From a virus, in the IMG/VR virus record IMGVR_UViG_3300021365_000005, positions 1-64,000 of that record: DNA of 64,000 nucleotides; one strand, written 5' to 3'. Under the pieces are notes generated by a model. It worked only from the letters and a program-made list of their open reading frames with translations, had not been told where the DNA came from and searched no databases. Position 1 is the stretch's first letter. The number at the start of each line of letters is the position of its first letter. Both the position numbers and the translations under genes were made by a program. Below, piece after piece: positions 60,428 through 64,000 of this stretch.

Positions 60428-63199
60428 TTATATCCTTCCGCTTATTCGTTTTTTATTTGCTGTAAAACTAGTTCTAACACTCTTTCTACCTAGTTTAGTT
60501 GCATGGAGATGGTCAGTATGTAAGCTAGCTTTTGACAAAATTACATCTATAGGTAGAGCTTTAAAGCCTGTGGTTGTTATATCATGGTCATCTACATAAT
60601 AACCATAAGCTAATTCATATCCCACACTTTGTGATGCCACTGTAAGGGTTTTTGTTTCCCATGCGCCTTGCGCCGTGCTGGTGTGGGGGATATACTCTAC
60701 AAAACTATTTGTATATAAAGATCCAGAGAGATATGTTTCTGTACTTGTTTTTATGCCTGCTCTATCGCCTGCACTATTTATAATATCCCAATCGGAGAGT
60801 AATGTTCTAACATTACCACTATCTGTAACCACCCCTTCATTATGTCTTCCACCAAACGCGGAATTTTGAATTGATCTTGCTATAAGAACGGGCATTGAAC
60901 TGTCTGCTACAGTATTAGCTACCCCATCATAATCAGCGTCATTTATCTTTAAACGCGATCTTAAGTTAACAACAGTGTATGCAGGTACAAAAATACTAGC
61001 CATTATTTGGGGAGTTGATTGAGGGGCTACTATAAATTCATGGACAGAAGTACCACCTTTTATTAATAAAGTCATTGATCCCCCATACTCTACATACTCA
61101 TCTTGTCTAAATCCATGTTCTATCCAAAACTGTTTACCTTGCTTAGCACCTGTACTTACATAAGGTTTATTATGACCGGTAGCATAGTGTCTTATTTGAT
61201 CTATATCATAATTAGGTGTGTGACCCATGCCCCATATGTGAGAACTTGCATCCCAATAATTAGGCATAAATTGAGAATCTAGAAAGATCTCATCAATAGA
61301 ATCTGTTGCGTATATATATCTATACCTGTCACAATAAATTCTACGAAAAGTAGTCCTATTGGAGGAACCGGGGTGAATACAATAAGAATTTGCATACCGT
61401 ATGTCAAAATGTTGAACGGTAGTCATATCATTTTGTCTTCCCAAATTGCTTTTAATCCAGTTATAATCCTCTGCCATTCTTAAATACATGTAAGAAATTT
61501 CATTGGGTCTTTCATATGCTGCTTCTGTAGACAATGAGCTATAATTATTAGCTGCTGATATGTGTCCATGGCTCTTTATAAAATGTTGACTACTCCAATG
61601 CCATACACCTCTACCAGTTCCTATAGTAACTAGGTTTCTAGCAACCATACCATAAGGATGTCTCATACATATACTAGGGTACGAATCACCATCTCTAGTT
61701 GTATTTGAGCATAAATTATAAGCAGTGTAACTACATCCGTCTATATAATTTTCACCTGTTTGAGTACAGCCACTGGTAGAGTGGATTGTTGTATTATCGG
61801 CAGCTGCTCCTGTGATTTTAGTATCATAATATCCGTTATAACCAGCTATATTAACTCCCTGCCTAAAATTGGTGCTATCACCGGTATTATACCCTAGCCC
61901 ATCAAATTCAACATATTTTATTTTGACTCTTCTTGTTGGGGCATTATACCAAGTATTAGAAGTCCAATATTTAACATTAAAAAACACTCTAGCAGTGTCT
62001 TCATCTGCATAAGCAATATCGTCACCATTAGCAGCACAAGCTTTAATAACTACACCTCTTGACATTTTAGTTATTAGCCCTCCAATTTTACCATCATATA
62101 GAATATCTCTGTCTACAGTTATTGTGGTGCCACTTATACTAGATATAGTATAAACTAATCGATGCCTCCATACGTTTGTTTCGCCTCCACTAGCATAGGT
62201 ATAACTATCATCTCCGCAAGCTTCTATATATATTTTATCCCCCGATGAAAAGTCTGCAGCATTATTAACAACTACTGTTCTTAAATCAGCAGCTCCGGAG
62301 TATGTTGCTGCCATGGCGCTAGAAGTCCTTCTTACATGTGAGTCATTTAAGTGATATTTTTCGGTGCCCGTTTGGTATACGTATTCGCCAATCAAACTGG
62401 GGGCGTTATCTATAGTGCTACCAAAAGTGATTACATTTGTTTTGCCATTTATAGCAGTTATTTTTAAGACATTTCTATTGTCACCTGTTCCAAAAATTAA
62501 TAAATACCCCACCCTGAAAACATTTGCATCATCTACTGTTATTGTAGAACCGGAAACGCTACTTATTATAGGAGCTTTATTTGTTACTCTTGGATAAACA
62601 AACTGTCTAAAATATATTCTATGATTTTCAGTATCTACATCATGTACCCAAAAACATTCATCATTCGCTAATCTAAAATCTTCTTCTCTTTTATATATAG
62701 AGATAAGATCATTAGCTGTAAAATTGGTTGAATCGTCAACTGTTAAATATGGGGATTGTTGAATATGGTTACCATTTAATTCTGTTTTTAAGGTTGGTTC
62801 TCCTCCATCTATATCAACACCACACCATTTTCTAGCATCAACTTGTATACCATGTTGTGCAGAGTTATTTCCTGATATTTTGATTTGAGAACCACTATGC
62901 ATACTAAGTAAAGCACCACTAGTGGTAGAGCCCTCTACAAATTCACCTGCTGTGTTGTTAGAATTACTAGTATTTTTAACTGTCATTCTACCGTTAAGGT
63001 GCATTATACTACCACTGATAAAATTTAAATTACCATCAATAGTAACATTGTCTGTTATAGCAGCAGTAATATCAGTACTAACAGTTACTCTGTGTCCATG
63101 AGCAATAACAACTGAATCGTTATTAGCTGGTACAGCACCACCTACCCAAGTTCCAGTAGCATGCCAATCCCCTGTTTGTGTACTAGTTATCGTTGCCAT
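60428..63199 (-). CDS. Large virion / receptor-binding protein with G8-like N-terminus
   Basis: STQTGDW....TWVGG.VP...D.VVIAHGH.VT; repeated TITVD modules; probable beta-helix. Confidence 0.65.
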   Translation of the reverse strand: MATITSTQTGDWHATGTWVGGAVPANNDSVVIAHGHRVTVSTDITAAITDNVTIDGNLNFISGSIMHLNGRMTVKNTSNSNNTAGEFVEGSTTSGALLSMHSGSQIKISGNNSAQHGIQVDARKWCGVDIDGGEPTLKTELNGNHIQQSPYLTVDDSTNFTANDLISIYKREEDFRLANDECFWVHDVDTENHRIYFRQFVYPRVTNKAPIISSVSGSTITVDDANVFRVGYLLIFGTGDNRNVLKITAINGKTNVITFGSTIDNAPSLIGEYVYQTGTEKYHLNDSHVRRTSSAMAATYSGAADLRTVVVNNAADFSSGDKIYIEACGDDSYTYASGGETNVWRHRLVYTISSISGTTITVDRDILYDGKIGGLITKMSRGVVIKACAANGDDIAYADEDTARVFFNVKYWTSNTWYNAPTRRVKIKYVEFDGLGYNTGDSTNFRQGVNIAGYNGYYDTKITGAAADNTTIHSTSGCTQTGENYIDGCSYTAYNLCSNTTRDGDSYPSICMRHPYGMVARNLVTIGTGRGVWHWSSQHFIKSHGHISAANNYSSLSTEAAYERPNEISYMYLRMAEDYNWIKSNLGRQNDMTTVQHFDIRYANSYCIHPGSSNRTTFRRIYCDRYRYIYATDSIDEIFLDSQFMPNYWDASSHIWGMGHTPNYDIDQIRHYATGHNKPYVSTGAKQGKQFWIEHGFRQDEYVEYGGSMTLLIKGGTSVHEFIVAPQSTPQIMASIFVPAYTVVNLRSRLKINDADYDGVANTVADSSMPVLIARSIQNSAFGGRHNEGVVTDSGNVRTLLSDWDIINSAGDRAGIKTSTETYLSGSLYTNSFVEYIPHTSTAQGAWETKTLTVASQSVGYELAYGYYVDDHDITTTGFKALPIDVILSKASLHTDHLHATKLGRKSVRTSFTANKKRISGRI

Positions 63200-63371
63200 C
63201 TATATCCTCGGTATTAAATTGTTCTTGGTATGCAGATACGTTCAATGCAATTTCAATTGACACTTCGGTATTAGTATCTGTAATTTTACTAGCCACAGCC
63301 TCCATTAAAGACTCATCGTCCACTATAACTATAGTACCATCTATTTTATTGTAAGTAATATTAATTATCAT
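63183..63371 (-). CDS. Small hypothetical protein
   Basis: 62 aa ORF overlapping both neighbours. Confidence 0.55.
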   Translation of the reverse strand: MIINITYNKIDGTIVIVDDESLMEAVASKITDTNTEVSIEIALNVSAYQEQFNTEDIDGNDN

Positions 63372-63999
63372 GTTCTATCTGCTCTATATCTTTTCTGTTA
63401 GCGTGAATTACGAAATAGCAATTTGGGGTTTTTAATGTACCGGCGCTAATGTAAACTTTATTATTTTTGATTTCTTTTACATATAAATTTTGATGTTTAC
63501 CTATCGAGGTTAATTGAACTGATAGGGTATTCTCATCAACTAACCATTCCCACTCTTTGGGTAGATCTATGATATTGCCATTACATTTACCTCTATGGAA
63601 TACATCGTGCTGTCTACCCTCTAAGCTTCCATATTCTAAGGATCCGCCGGTTGGAGTGTCTATAACAAATGATTTTGTTGTTGCTCTTAAAGCTCCTACG
63701 ATGGTTGTGTTACCAACTACATGTAGGGGAACGGTTGGACTCGTAGTTCCTATCCCAACGTTGCCTCCTGATGGGTTTATCCATGAATTACCATCTGTGA
63801 TTACTCTAAACGCCTCTGTCCCATCAGGTGCGTATAATGACATTTGAGACCTTTCGTTTGCTCCTGAGTCTATGCCTGTGATTTTAAATCTTGTAGTTTG
63901 CCCATGATTTGCACCTGAACCTATAAAGTTAAAAGATTGAGCATGTCTACTTATTACAAAATTCATATTATCACCTACTACATCCTCAGCAGATATGTA
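63361..63999 (-). CDS. C-terminal part of a tail fibre with a chaperone-like terminal domain (5' end outside the window)
   Basis: The frame stays open to the window end; GNVGIGTTSP; KSFVIDTP...L.YGSLEG...RG....IDLP..W..LV. Confidence 0.8.
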   Translation of the reverse strand, partial: YISAEDVVGDNMNFVISRHAQSFNFIGSGANHGQTTRFKITGIDSGANERSQMSLYAPDGTEAFRVITDGNSWINPSGGNVGIGTTSPTVPLHVVGNTTIVGALRATTKSFVIDTPTGGSLEYGSLEGRQHDVFHRGKCNGNIIDLPKEWEWLVDENTLSVQLTSIGKHQNLYVKEIKNNKVYISAGTLKTPNCYFVIHANRKDIEQIEHDN

Positions 64000-64000
64000 G

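Noticed and set aside
7027-63847. Numerous plus-strand ORFs (60-145 aa) in the ORF track
   Set aside because: All lie antisense to well-supported minus-strand genes, have no recognisable motifs, and show shadow-ORF composition.
1-64000. tRNA/rRNA genes, introns, inteins, or stop-codon reassignment
   Set aside because: Intergenic gaps are short and explained by promoters and terminators. PolB, RNR, helicase, RecA and TerL are uninterrupted and of normal length under code 11, and TAA, TAG and TGA all serve as stops.

Overview
This 64 kb window comes from a large T4-like (contractile-tailed) dsDNA phage, and essentially every real gene is on the minus strand. The host is probably Bacteroidota, inferred from TAnnTTTG-type promoter elements and a bS21 gene in the head module. 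Reading left to right: groES (partial), family B DNA polymerase, then a tightly coupled operon of dNMP kinase, AsnB-like amidotransferase, a dCMP-type thymidylate-synthase homolog and dUTPase. Next come class II RNR, DnaB helicase, 5'-3' exonuclease, RecA/UvsX, gp32 SSB, UvsE and a stand-alone PolA domain. The structural region has baseplate, tape measure, tail chaperone, tube, sheath and neck genes, a family of fibre/decoration proteins, PhoH, capsid, scaffold, bS21, prohead protease, portal and TerL. The window ends with a tandem zeta-like kinase, a GAMT-like methyltransferase and tail-fibre genes. The best leads are: (1) a candidate new cytosine-modification pathway; (2) a bS21 / Shine-Dalgarno translation-takeover system; (3) three fixed-spacing promoter classes; (4) a programmed +1/-2 frameshift in the tail chaperone; (5) putative capsid-packaged proteins, including a kinase polyprotein; (6) a modular WKK-SGS docking family that includes a dockerin-like protein. 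All assignments come from motif recognition by eye; no database searches were run.
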